Source: Lama guanicoe (Eukaryota). From it: 64,000 bases of DNA. The stretch covers positions 3,619,371 to 3,683,370 of the forward strand of contig MU054338.1 of NCBI GenBank assembly GCA_013239625.1, written 5' to 3'. This document shows, piece by piece, positions 27,601 through 40,110 of the stretch; the stretch's first letter is position 1, and each line of letters opens with the position of its first letter. The notes beneath the pieces are model-generated. The model was not told where the DNA came from. It ran no database searches and saw nothing but the letters and a program-made list of their open reading frames with translations. The position numbers and the translations under genes were made by a program.

Positions 27601-28369
27601 GAGCTTTTGACCTCCAAGTCCTATGTCTGTGGCAATTCTGTAAGGCAGAAAGGAGACCAGAGAGGGTGAGTGACTTGGCTGGGTCACACAGCCAGGATAT
27701 CCTTCTCCAAAGGAAGCAGAGGAGTAAACCTGATTGGTGGACCAGGAGATGGTGGACCACTGACCTTCTGGCCTGGGAACAGAGGACAGTGGGAACCCAC
27801 TGAGCCCAAGAAACGCCTCTGTCAGAGCTGATTAACTTCATTCCCCCATTCATTCCACAAACACTTACTGGGCCACTGAGCTGTTTGCTAGGTCCTCTTC
27901 CAGACACCAGGACCAAAACACACTCATCTTCTCCCTCTCAGCACTCACAGGTTAGTGTCAGAGCTGTGACGAGGGGCCCAGGACAGGCCTCTGGCCTGGG
28001 CTGGAGCCTCAGGCTTCCTGGAGGAGGTGATGGAAGCTGAGCTATGAAAGATGAAGAAGGGAAAGTAGAGGGATCTACTTGAAGGGAACAGCAGGAGCAA
28101 AGGCTCAGAGAGTTTGAGTCCCTGAAAGCATCTGGAGCAGGAGGAGGTGAAGTCAGGGAGGCAATGGGGGTGAAATGCAGGGGACTTGAGTGCATGGGCA
28201 ATGGGGAGCCAAGGAAGGATTTAGAGCAGGGGAGGAGTGAGATCAGATTTGCCTTCGATGAAGGTGCCGGGGAGGAGGGCCAAGAGGGGACAAGCCTGGA
28301 GGCCGATACAGGCAGGAGGGGCCCCAGGACTGAGCTGCGACTCTCCCGCCTGCCACATCCCCCTGCAGC

Positions 28370-28830
28370 CTCGCTGCGCCCGGGCGCAAGCAGGAAGGAA
28401 AGCCTGGAGGGGGTACCTGGCAGCCAAAAGCCCAGCGGCTAATGAGCGCGGGGCGGCGCGGGCTATTTTTAGCAGCCGCTCCTCGGGACGCCTAATCGCC
28501 GCGGCCGGCTCCCGCCAGGCTGCCATGGCAACGCTCGGCGCCGCCGCCGGGAGCTCGGCCCCCGCCCCCGGCCCGCGCTGCCCGCCCCGCAGCCCCGCGC
28601 CGGGCCCCGGGCACTGCCGCCGCCGGGAGGGGCCCTGCGCGCCCTCCCGCACCGCCGCTGTGCGACCCGGGGGGAGCCCGTCCCTGGGCCTTGGAGAGTG
28701 AGCGGGCTCAGCGCGGGCGCTGGAGGCTGAGCTCCAGGATCGAGTCCCCGCTGGGCCAGCGGCGTGGGGCGCGACCTCAGGCTGGTCTTGGAGCCTCGGT
28801 TTCTCATCTTTCAAACGGGTCGCACGTTAC
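28370..28830. promoter_or_regulatory. Orphan CpG island with MEF2 site (CTATTTTTAG 28463-28472), RFX X-box (GCTGCCATGGCAAC 28519-28532) and GC boxes
   Basis: Dense CpG; perfect MEF2 consensus; 13/14 match to the RFX palindrome GTTGCCATGGCAAC. Confidence 0.7.
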
Positions 28831-31800
28831 GTAACAGCAGGGGCCCGGATGCCTGGAGCTGGAAGCTCAGGGCCTGACCCAATGACTTCAGCCGCACATT
28901 GAGCACCTACTGTATGCCAAGCATTGCCCTAAATTTTCCATGCATTAATTTTATTTGTTTAATCCAGAGGCATTTTTGCAGACTGAGTTTTAGAGATGGG
29001 ATCATTGCTACAGAGAGGTTAAGTGGTCTGCCTCAGGTCACACAGCGTGCACGTGGTGGAGCCAGGATGCCAACCCAGGCCAGCTGGCTCTAGATTCCAA
29101 GCACCAAACCACTCAGTGAACTGCACGTGTGTTAAACTGGAATTTGGAGAGGGTCGTGCTTATCTCCCAAGGGAAGTCTCGTGAACGGTGGCCTCTCAAG
29201 GATGCAGGGACCTGGTTTCCACTACTCACCTTGCTGGATGGGAAGCCAGGTTTCACTACCCACCTCCTCCCCCAGGTACAAATGGGGACATCAAGGCACT
29301 AACGGAGCAGCAGGTTGTCCCATGAGGAGCCCCAGAGCTCGGGTCTCTCCCCACCCACTGAGGAGTGCTTTTATGGACGGACTGTGGGCACGTGGCCCAG
29401 GGCAACCCACTAGTGACCCACACCTGAAGCTTTTTCAGGATATACAGCTTAGTTGAAGGGGCCAGGCTAGGAGTCAGGAAGGACAGGTCCACGCTGGGGG
29501 AACCAGAGAACAAAGCCCCGCCTTGGGCTAGGACAGGGGACAGAGTTGGGGAGGGGCAGAGTGGACCAGAGCATGCCACCTGGCCCCTCTGGGCCTCAGT
29601 TTCCCCATCTTTAAAATGGGCGTTGACCATCATGTGCCCCATCTCCGAGGGGCTGTTGGGATGATCAGAACACCCAGTGCAGGGGCCTCTCTGTCTATAC
29701 TTAACATTTAGATATGCTCTACCCTGTGAACTTTTTTGCACTGGTTTGGATTCTTTAAAATATGACTTGATATGGTACGTATCTTGCGGGCTGCATTTGT
29801 GGGCACCTCCTTACCTTTTGCATCCAAGATGAGTGAGGCGCTAATCCCTGGCCACTGATGGTCCTGTTAAGTTGCTCGGAACTGTTCTGGGCACCTGGTA
29901 AACACCCAAGGATGGTGGCGGCGCAGTGGGCTATGTCAGCGGGGAGTGTCACGTGATCTTAGTGTGAGTTACTATTATTCCGCCAGTCTCTGCCCTGGGG
30001 CCTCAGGCCTAGGCAGGTCCACCTGGAAGACGGTGGGATAGCCTAGATCAACTCAGATACTATCAGTAATCCTGAGCCGTGCAAGGGCGGAGGAAGGAGA
30101 GGAACCCTCCTGATGCTTGCACACGGCTGCCCGGAGCTGGAATCCCCACGCCTCCTTCCCACTGCCCTGCCAGGCCCTGTGCCTATGTCTCCACCATTAG
30201 CGCCGCCTCGTCCTCCTCCGAGGGTGCGCCCAAGGAGGTGCTGGAGGGCTGGCACAGATGCCCCGGTGGGAAGCGGGGGTGTCACACGCCCCCCTCCCCC
30301 ACCATTCCCGGTCACCCCGGTGGCAGGAAGGGCTGGGGAAGGGAAGCCAAGGTTACCATGCCCCTCCCCCAGCCTGGCTGTAATTAGCCCCAGGATGAAT
30401 AAAACATGAGACAGGCCCAGAACTGTTCACCTCAGCAGGCAGAGGGTGGGGCTGCTGTGTGAGGCTCAGGGAGGGGAATTAGGACACATGCCACCCGCGG
30501 GCGTGGCTGTGGTCCACGGGGTGTGTGCAGCGTCTGCCCATCCGCCCCCCCCATGTGAGGATGTATGTATACCTTGTGTGCCTGTCCTGGGGGCTCACCA
30601 GGCCTGAGGGTGGCGGAGGCCCTCAGGCCTGGAGAAGGCTGGAAGCTCAGGAGAGCCAGCTGAAGGGGTGATGCTGGCAGGCCTGGATCATTAAAGCTGC
30701 CATCGGCCTCCCACCTTCCTGGGGACCCATTACTCCAGTTTTCTGCTAAACGCGCCTGAGTTTCCACCATTAAGACTTCTATCAGCCACTCATACCTTGA
30801 TGAGCATGAAATGCTCCCCAGGGCAGAGCTCTGGAAGGGCGGAGGAGAGGCACCCACCAGGGTGTGAGCCTTATGAGGTTGGGAGATGAGAGTCAGAGAG
30901 GAAGAGCTCAGGCCTGCCCCTTCCCCTCTGGACCTCAGTCTTCCCATCTGTGTAATGGACCTATGATGGCCAGAGGAAGCCTTGGGTTAGGGGGCTGGTG
31001 GCAGGCTCTCACTCTCCCCACACTGGGATCTGCACTAGTTAAATTAATGCCCTAGACCCTGGACCCCAGGAAATGGTAAAATCTCCCCAAAAGCCAGCCA
31101 AAAAGTCATGGGCTCCTCTAAGTATTCCTGTAGCAGAAAGGAAGGTGGGAGATGGGGACTAGATAGGAGAGGGCAAGAGCCTCCGTGTCCCCAGTCTGAG
31201 GACACACCGTCCCTCCAACCCACTGTGCCCCTTCTCTCTGCCCCCTCGCCCCCCAACAACACCACATCTACTCATTCCGGGCTCCCCGCCTTGGTTCATG
31301 CTGGTCCCCCCACCAGTCCTGCCTAACCTCGCCCTTTCCACCTTCTGTCCAGATCCACTCTCCGTTTGAGGGGACCATCCCCAGCTCCACCACCTGGAGC
31401 AGCCAAGTAACCTCAGTAAGTTTGCCCCTTGGTGACTCGGTTTCCGATCTGCACAGTGGGGAGCAGAGGACATAGGAGGCAGCTCATGACACAAGTTCAG
31501 AGTTTGGCCTCCAGGCCCCATCCCCTCCCTGCTGTGTGACAGGTCACTGGCTCGCTCTCAGCCTCAGTTTCCTCCCCTGTAAAATGGGAGGATAATACTA
31601 GGGGATGGGAGGAGGGTCCAAAGAGCCCATGATTGTCCTCCCATTACTGATATCCTACCCAAGCTGGGCTGTGTGGAGAGCCCTGGAGAGGCTCCCAGGC
31701 TAGGGGACACAGAGACCTCCCAGCCCAAGCAGTCAGGGTCAGCAGGAGACTGGGGGACCCTTGGTGGGGTAGGTGAAGCCTCAATTTAGGAGTTCATAAA

Positions 31801-32534
31801 GAAAACCCCCTGCAGACGTGTGCCCTGAGTTTTGACATGGCTCCAAATAGGACCACATAGATCATTTTTAACAGTTATATATTTACTTCAATGTTTGTAT
31901 CTCCCAAATTTATTACCTTCTACTCCGCTCAAAAATATATATGTATGGGCTTTCACAGTAGGATATAAAGGGACATTTTTTAGATAAATATATTTTGTTG
32001 GAAAAGAATGAGGAGGAGGTTTAGAAAAAAATGATGGAGCGAATGAGGGAGGCCTGGAGCTGGGAGCCACTCGGGTAATAGATTTCTCAGCCTGTTCCTG
32101 GGCATAGTAATTAATCCTGAGGGGCTAATTAAGTTTGGGCTTCCACTCCAGCCACTCAGCAGCCTCCCTCCCAGCCTTCCCTCTTCCCCAGGGAGGCCCA
32201 GCCTGGCCCAACCCTGCCAGGGCCTCCCTCCTGCAGCGCTGTCAGGCCCCCAGATCCCTGGGCTTAATCATCCGGAATTAAGGTTTAATCAGAGGCCTTT
32301 ACTGCAGGGAGGGGAGACTGTGTGGGAGGAACGGCCTCCCAGGTGCAGTAGCGCCTGGAACAGGGTGAGAAGAGTGCGGCAGGGTGGAGCCAGCGCAGGG
32401 CCAGATTTCATCAACTTTAACACTTAGATACTTTGTTCATTTACTTGTTTTTGCATTCGTTGTGAGTTTTTTCAAGTGTTGCATTAAAATGTTATTTATC
32501 CGGATGACTGAGTTTGGTAGCTCCTCCTAAGGTT

Positions 32535-32885
32535 TTTTTCCCCCAGTTTTATTGAGAAATAATTGACATACATCGGCGCATAAGTTTAAGGCCAAAGGCA
32601 TGATGGTTCGATTTCCAGATATCATGAAATGATGACCACAATAGGTTCAGCTAATATCCATCTTCTCATATAGATACAATAAAGATAAAAGAAAGAAGAA
32701 AAGAAGAAAAGAAGACAGGAGAAAAGTGTTCCTCCTGGTGATGAGCACCCTTAGGCTTTGCTCTCTTAACGACTTTCCTGGGTACAGGCAGCAGTGTTGC
32801 TTGCGGTCATCACCTGTGCCTTACAGCCCTGGTGCTTTCGTTTTCGTATACCTGGAAGTTTGCATCTTTTGACCACCTTCCTCCA
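32535..32885 (-). mobile_element. LINE-1 3' end fragment
   Basis: ttttattgagaaataattgacataca...taagtttaagg...catgatg, typical reverse L1 3'UTR. Confidence 0.75.
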
Positions 32886-33674
32886 AGCCCCCTAAGTTTT
32901 GCGCGAAGACCAATGCTTCACTCTCCTCACCCTGATCCTGGCCCTGACTGGTGCAGGGAACCAGCAGCTCCTAAGCATCACCACTGTGAGGCGGGGGTCT
33001 ACTATTGGACCGATTTCATGGATGGAAACTGAGGCCCAGAAGAGCAAGTCATTGGCCGCAGATCACTTGGCTAAGGGGAGGCAAAGGCAGGATTCAAACG
33101 CTTGACTTTGCTGAGGCGCGGTTATCACCTGTCCCGGATCCAGAGGTAATACAGCCAGCTTCCCCCAGCTCCTCAGAGCCTTTGCTCTTGCTAAACTGGC
33201 CACATCCCATCCATCTAGGAGGAAAAACTCATGCCCTCCCCAAAAGGTCCTGCACTATCTGCCTCCGTCCCCTCCTCTGCCCTCCCCTCCTCCCTCTCTC
33301 CCCTTCGCTCACTCTGCCCCAGCCACACGGGCCCCCTCGCTATTCCTCCAGCATGCCAGGCACGGTCCTGTCTCAGGGCCTTGTCACCAGAAGTTCCCTC
33401 TGCCTGGAGTGCTCTTCCCCCATCATCACTCACCTGGACCAGGGTAGTCACCTTCACCCTGGTACCCTGGCTCCCGCTCGCCCCCACTCCCAGCTGAGGC
33501 CACCAGAAGGCACCTGTGAGCACCTGAGTCAGGCCCCTCCTATCCTCTGCCCACAGCCCACCTCCTTCCAGGTAAGAGCCCAAGTCCCCCACAAGGCCCT
33601 GTGTGACCTGTTTCCAAGGGCAATGAGAACCATGGAGCCACTGGTCCTGGCAAGCAATAATCATATACCCTAGT

Positions 33675-33972
33675 TCTATACTGTCCAATATGGGAGCTAC
33701 TGGTATTTCAAATGTGATTGGTTGGAACTGAGATGTTCTGTGAGTATAAAATATGCACCAGATTCTAAAGACTTGGTATGAAAAAAAGAATGTAAAATAG
33801 CTCACTAATAATTTTTTATATTGACTGCATGTTAAATTTATATTTTGGATGTACTGAGTTTAATAAAATGCAGTATTGAAATTAATTTCACCGCTTTTTT
33901 TCCCTCTTTTTCTTCTGGCTACCAGTAAGTGTTAAATTACTGGCTTTCACGATCTGCCTAGTGACAACACTA
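33675..33972. mobile_element. MER33/MER3-like hAT DNA transposon remnant
   Basis: ctgtccaatatg...aactgagatgt...aaatatgcaccagatt...aaagacttggtatgaaaaaaagaatgtaaaata. Confidence 0.75.
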
Positions 33973-36659
33973 GGCTAACTTGATGACATTTTAATTCTAA
34001 GATGCTGCAGCCTTTGCACTGCCCACCAGAGGGGCTAGCTGAAGGAAAAGGAAGTTGTTCAGAAAAACAGTTGATCCTTTGTGGTTGTCGTCTTAGATCA
34101 GTTCTTACAATTCATGCCTGTGTTTGCAATCTGCCATCTTGAACCACCTAAGGGAGACAGCTCTACCACTGGGTAAGGATTCTGCCACCAACCTTGAACC
34201 CATTTTATTCTGTCAGGGAGGTTAAAATAATTAGGTCTCCAAAGCCAGCTCACCAATTCTGCGGCATTTACTGGATACCCACTGGGTGCCACACGCTGTC
34301 AACTTCAAGTGATTCCCCCAATGGATAAGGATGCTTTCTCTTCCCTTTTTCCAAATGAGAAAACTGAGGCTCAGAGAGGGAAAGTCAGCTGCCCAAAGTG
34401 GCCCAGCAGAGCCAGGCTTTGCACCCAGCCTCATCTGCCTCCATGTCTTCTGGGCCTCTCCCCGCAGCCAGCTCCCTTCCAACCCCTAATAAACTCCCGA
34501 GAAGTGCTGGGCAGACGCAGCAGTGAGGACACTCTTTATCTGTCCGTATCAGGCCAGCTCAGTGCAGCAGTCAATAATTAATTCTGAATTTCCCCCCATT
34601 TATCAAAGCGGCAGGAGCCAGAGTGCCTGGAATCCCAATCCCAAGCCTCTGTGCCCCTTGGCCACCTGGAGGCGGGCACAGAGGCAACAGGAACTGGGGC
34701 GGGGGGGGGTGCCTCATTGAGCCTGGGAAGGGAGGGTGTCCCTGGGTCCCACTCCCTTCCTCTGGGTTCTTAAATGTTGTGCGATCCAGCAGTGACCAGA
34801 CCAGACCTCATCCCAGGCTTCACGGTGCCCACAGGCTAGTGGGGAAAAATAATACATTGAATGAATAATAATATAAATAATTAATGCTACAAGGGAAAAG
34901 AACAGGATACCATGTGAATGCAAAACCGAGGGAAGGTGATTGTCTAGAGTCTCCCCAAGGAAGTGACATTCAGCCTGCAAATAGGAGAATGCAAGACAAG
35001 GGGTGGGGAGAGGGTTCTCCCAATGTAGGCACAACACATACAAAGGCCCTGTGGCAAGAAAGAGTTTCTCCCCTGTGGCAAGGGGTTAAGTGGGTCTGGA
35101 GCTCAGAGCACAAGTGAGAGGACAGTGCTGGGCCTGGAGCCATCACAGTGAGGCCAGCAGCCATCAGGGGAAAAGACAGGAAGTATCTCCGATGATGGGG
35201 GATGAGAGTGAGGCTGCTGCCACCGCAGGTGAGTCAGATGGCAGGCGACTCTGTGATTTTTTGTTTTGTTATTTCTTACAACTCTTTTCCCCTCAGAGGA
35301 TTCTTTCAAACCCAGTTGGGTGCAGGGATGAGTCAGTGTTTCTCTGCCAAGAAAACAGCCTCAGCCAGGCTAGCAGCTCCTGGCCCAGCCATCCTAAACA
35401 CTTCCTCCTTGGACAAGTGGGGAAACTGAGGCCCAGAGAGGGACAAGGACCACTTAAGCTCATTCAGAAGAGGACTGTGGGCCTGGCCCAGAGGAGGGGT
35501 CTCCGAGATCCCAGAGGCAACTCCCCGTCTGCCCTGCAGCTTCTGTCTCTGCTGCTAGACCTCCAACCCCATGAAGGCCCATAGCCAGGTGTCCTGGCCA
35601 CCACTCTGGCCTCAGTGTCCTGCAATGATTATGGAATGCATGCACCCGGCAGCTTTCGGAAACACCCGAGGGGTCATGCTTGGGGCATCAGGGGAAAAGG
35701 GTGTCCTTTTCGAGAGGGATATGAGAGACAGATACAGGGGTACACAGAGAGAAGCTGCCAGAGACAGAGATGGAGGCAGACAGAGAGATCCAGATAGAGA
35801 TAGAAGAGAAGCAGAGGTCCAGAGACACAGAGAGAAAGAGTGATGAACGGGAGCAGGTACCTGGAAGAGACTAAATGGGATGCAGAGACAGATGGGGGGG
35901 TGGCAGGTTCAGGACCCCCACTCACCTGGATAGGAGACATCGTGTGAATTACAAAGAGTCCGCTTCCAGAGACCGTCTCACCCCCTCAGCTGGATGCTTT
36001 TGTGCAGTGAACAACCTGGTCCACTATCTGCGGCAGTCAAAGCAGGATCTGTCTTGGTATCAAGCAGCCAGCACAGGGCCGGGCACACAGAGGGCACCTG
36101 GTAAGTGTCTGTTCAACTCATGGACAGAGTTAGAGAATGCCAGAATCTGGCCTGGAGTCACAGAGAGAGAGAGGCAGAGCAGAACTAAAGCAGGAAGTCC
36201 AGGCCCCTGCAGTTTCTGGCTGAGCTGCAGGTGCCTCCTCTGGGAACCACCTGGATTTACTTGACCCCCAGAAAAATTTCCCTTGAACTTCTGGGAGCAC
36301 AAAGCAAGCAGCCAGCCACGGCGGGAGGCGGCCCCTCCCCAGAACGCCATGGGCCCCAGAGAGAGATGGTGGTTGCCAAGTCTCACCCGAAACTCCTCGC
36401 AGCCCAGACTTGCTCCTGGGGTGGAGCCAGAAGCCTGTGAGGCCCCGGGGGGACCAGAATTCCCCCCTTTTCATGGCCCAGAGATGAGAGGGGGCTGGCT
36501 TGAGGTCACCCAAAATAGGAGTCAAAGGGAAACCATTCCTGGCAGAGGGAACAGCTTGTGCAGAGGTCTGGAGGTGAGAGGGAAGGGAGAAGGTCAGGCT
36601 TAGGACTGAACTTCGATGGAGAGTGAAGTTCAAGGCCAAGTTATGGAGTTTAAACTTGG

Positions 36660-39388
36660 CTTTGTTTCCAAATACTTAATCTTTTATTCCATACACATTC
36701 AAAGATGGCCCTCTGTACCTAGTCCCAATCTGGGTGATCCTGGGGCCCCAGAGGCAACCTCCCAGACTGGGAAGACACACAGACCTCCCTGCTCTGTGGG
36801 TCAGGTGAGCCAGAAGGGACAGAGGCTGCAGGACCCAGAGGCCAGCTGGGAGAGAACTGCCGAGCCCACATGGAGGCGGAGCATTAGAGCCAGGACCTTG
36901 AAAATGTATGCCAGGTGAAAAACATCAGAAAGGATATTCCAGTTAGACAATATGGAAGTCTAGAGGTGTGTGATAGTCAGGCAAGTGCTGGAACCGAGCC
37001 ACGCCGGGCAGGGATGCTGACCCTGTCTCCAAAAGGGTCAGAGCTGGACTGGAGAGGGAGAGCGCGCTGGGGCAACAGAGGCCCAGAGGTAAGTGGAAGC
37101 ATTTCTTGGAGGATCAGAAATGACTGCATGAAGAAAAGGGCTTTGGAGCTGGTGCTTTGAAGGATGAATAGGAGTTTGCAAACAGAAAAGGCAGGGCAAT
37201 GTAAACTGAGCAGAGAGGCTGTGGCCCAAATTCAAAGAACATGTTGATAGAGCAGCAGGAGAAAGAAGGACATGAGGAGTAAGATCAGTCAATGTCAGAT
37301 TTTGCCAGATTCAAGCCTGGCAGCCTGCCATTCAAGGCCAAGAAACCCAAGGACAGTTCCCTTTGGCTCCTCCAAGTCCTGGTGGGCCTTCTCCAGCCAC
37401 TGTCATCTCTCAATCCTTGAGTCACAGGTACTGTTCACTTTGGTCCATGACAGCACTTGGTGGGGGACACTTTCCACAATGTGGCTCTGGGATCTCAGGC
37501 CAGGCTTGTGCCTCTCTGTGCCTCAGTTTTGCCATCTGGAAAATGGGAACGCTGAAAGCCACTTATGTTGTTTGTGTTCATCTCAAGACCGAGAGGCCTC
37601 CAACAATGTGAAGGAAGAAAAGAGGTAACAGGAAGAAAAGAAAGGAGGGAGGGAAGGAGGAAGGGAAAGACTTTGTGCCTCTCCTCCAGACCAACACCAA
37701 GGGACAGGTCTAACATTATTATTTCAGAACACGCCAGAGCTGTCGAGGCTTAAGAAATGGGTGGTGATTTGCATGTGATTTGCATGCGATTTGCATACTG
37801 TTTGTTAAATGTCAAAATGGTCTGAAAATGCTTTCTCCCACCCCGTACTTCAGCCAAGAAGCAAAAAACCCCCTCCCTTTTCCTTCATCAGTGACTCCTG
37901 CCCCATGGGCTGGGACTCCTCTCTTCTGGGCAGAGGCCCAAAGCAGGCAGAAGCAGGGGTCTGGGCTGCCTCCCCGCTGTGTGTCCCCAGGGCACCCAGT
38001 GCCACCTGAGGTCTCAGTTCACCAACTGCAAAAGAGAGTTGTAGGCCCTGCCCTAGGAGGGACCGCATGGGGCAGCACTGGGGTCTCTGGGTACCTAGTT
38101 TTGGGCGAGGCGCCAAGGGGGGATAGGAGGAACCGGAGATGAGAGGGAAGCAAAACCTGGGGGCCTCAGGAGTGAAGTGGGGGGTGACTGTCTCCTCCTC
38201 CAGTCCCCTCTCCTCTTGGCCCCGGGAGGAAAGAACAGCCCAGCAGGCCAGGCACCACCATCCCCACCCTTTGAGAGGCAAATGCGCGGTCTGAGCACAG
38301 CTCTCCCTGCGGCCACAATTTATTATCCACCTGTCCTCGCTCTGGGCCCTGCGGCCAACAAGATTCTTAATTAAAACGTTATTTCTTCCCCGGCTCCCGA
38401 GCCTCTGCCCTGTGACGCCAGCACCTGGAACGTGAACGTGGCCGTCAAGGGCACACAGGCCGGCCATCCCCAACCCCCAGGGTTTACGCAGAGGACCCGA
38501 CGCCTTGTGGCCGCAGACCAGAGATTCAACTGAGGTCCAACATTCTACCTGGAGGGTCTTGTGCCCAGAATTCCTACAACACACTGCCTGCAGGACCCTG
38601 GGATACCCCTACAATTCCATCAAGTCTCAGCACACTGCCAGTCACAGGCCTCCCCCGCTAATTCCCCGCCCACTCACCAGAGCCCTTTAGCTGCAACCAG
38701 GAGACCCCGTGCAGGTGGCAAAGCAGTGGGATTTAACCAGAAGTCCACTGCCACGGAGGGGAGGGCACGGGTGCAATGTGGGGAGGTGTTTGGGTTTGGG
38801 GGTGGGTGTAACAGTGGAGCACTGGGAGAGAGCTGGGGTCCCCCAATCTCCATCTTTAGTCCTTCGAGGTTTTGTGTCTGGCTGCACTCCCAGCCAAGGC
38901 TGTTCACAGTAGAGGGGGCCTGTTAAGGGGCCAGAAGAGGACAAGGTGCCCACTGGCTGGGAAGGAGGGAATCCAAGAAAACTTTCTGGAGGAAGCTGAA
39001 TCCCAGGTGGACTGGAGCTGCAGAGAGGGGTGTGAAACGTGCTTCAGGCAGGGGGCACAGCTTGGGCAGAGGCGTGGCCCAGAGGATGTACAAGGCAGGA
39101 GGGGTGATGTCCCCAAGCTCCTCTCCTCTCCCCTCTGTGCTTCTCCTGTGACATCCTCCAGCCACTTCCCAAGGTGGCACGGTGGTTCCCACTGCAGACC
39201 AGGCGCCAGAAGCCCCAAGGCAGGAGCCATGGCCTCAGGACCGCACAGCGTGGCTGGAAGGCTGCCTGGGCTGGAGTAGCTACATCCTAGGTCAGTGTCA
39301 GGGACTGGGGCTCCATCAGGAGTATCCCAGGCCGTGGGCGCCAGCTGGTCAGGCCATGTTTCACCGTCTACCCTGGGAGCCCAGAACC
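36660..39388 (-). other. TINCR: TINCR exon 3 (long 3'UTR, the historical 'lncRNA' body)
   Basis: Acceptor cccttccctcctgctgttccag|GG at 39388; sequence resembles the remembered human TINCR 3' exon; distal AATAAA at 36688-36683. 3' end approximate. Confidence 0.7.
36683..36688 (-). terminator. TINCR: Candidate distal poly(A) signal of TINCR
   Basis: Minus-strand ggAATAAAagattaagtatttgg, a short AT-rich patch in GC-rich surroundings. Confidence 0.6.
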
Positions 39389-39623
39389 CTGGAACAGCAG
39401 GAGGGAAGGGATAAGACAATTTCAGTCCAAGCTCCTGGGAGGGTGAAACACCACCTCTCTGGCCAGTTTTCCTTCTTCGTTTTCCCCTAACAGCCCAGTG
39501 GACAGCAATACCTGCAACAAGCTCCTCCTTCCTGAGGCCCTGGTGCCCTCCGGGAGGGACCGGATGGCCCTTAGTCACAGGTAGCCAGCCATTCCTGGGG
39601 GAGGGGGGGAGGGGTGCCTGTTT

Positions 39624-39655
39624 GAGCCACCTGGTGGCAGTTTCAGGAATTGCAG
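39624..39655 (-). promoter_or_regulatory. Bipartite CTCF site (upstream motif + core) in TINCR intron 2
   Basis: Minus strand reads CTGCAATTCC-tgaaa-CTGCCACCAGGTGGCTC. Confidence 0.7.
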
Positions 39656-39686
39656 GCAAAGAATGCAGTTAAAACCGACGAACTGA

Positions 39687-39793
39687 GGGGGAGGGTATAG
39701 CTCAAGTGGTAGAGCGCGTGCTTAGCATGCGCAAAGTCCTGGGTTCAACCCCTAGCACCTCCTCTAAAATATATATATAAATAAATAAACCTA
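39687..39793 (+). mobile_element. tRNA-Ala(AGC)-derived SINE (Vic-1-like) in TINCR intron 2
   Basis: GGGTATAGCTCAAGTGGTAGAGCGCGTGCTTAGCATGC...GGTTCAACCCC, AT-rich tail, 16-nt TSD aaaaccgacgaactga / aaaacctaccaactga. Confidence 0.9.
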
Positions 39794-40110
39794 AAAACCT
39801 ACCAACTGAAAACCTCCGTTCATTGTTAAGGAGGGGGATAACAGAGCCCAGAGAGGAGGAGACATTTGCCCAAGGTAACACAGCAAGTCAGGGCAATACT
39901 CAGGCCAATGTGTTAGTTCAAAAGGAGGTGAGAAGGTGAAGCCAGTGACCCTGCTCCAAGGGCCAGAGGCATTGAACTGTGTGTGTGTGTGTGTGGGGGT
40001 GACGGTCATCAGAGATGAGTCCCTTCTCCTCTCTGGGTGTCAGCTTACCCATCTGCGGTCTCCACAATGTCTAAGGTCCCTTCCCTGTCTCAACGACGGG
40101 AGTGACTTAC

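Noticed and set aside
28221..28814. 197-aa (-), 154-aa (+) and 112-aa (-) ORFs in the orphan CpG island
   Set aside because: Stop depletion is expected at this GC content; Ala/Pro/Arg/Gly low complexity; no recognisable homology.
1..36000. ZNRF4 or another intronless gene in the desert
   Set aside because: No ORF with PA, transmembrane or RING features in the six-frame track.
38904..39659. 251-aa minus ORF (and 244-aa ORF at 37850-38584)
   Set aside because: Fall in TINCR intron 2 or 3'UTR, non-ATG starts, no domain signal.
39687..39763. Apparent tRNA-Ala(AGC) gene
   Set aside because: Imperfect acceptor and anticodon stems, AT-rich tail, TSD and four other diverged copies in the window indicate a SINE.
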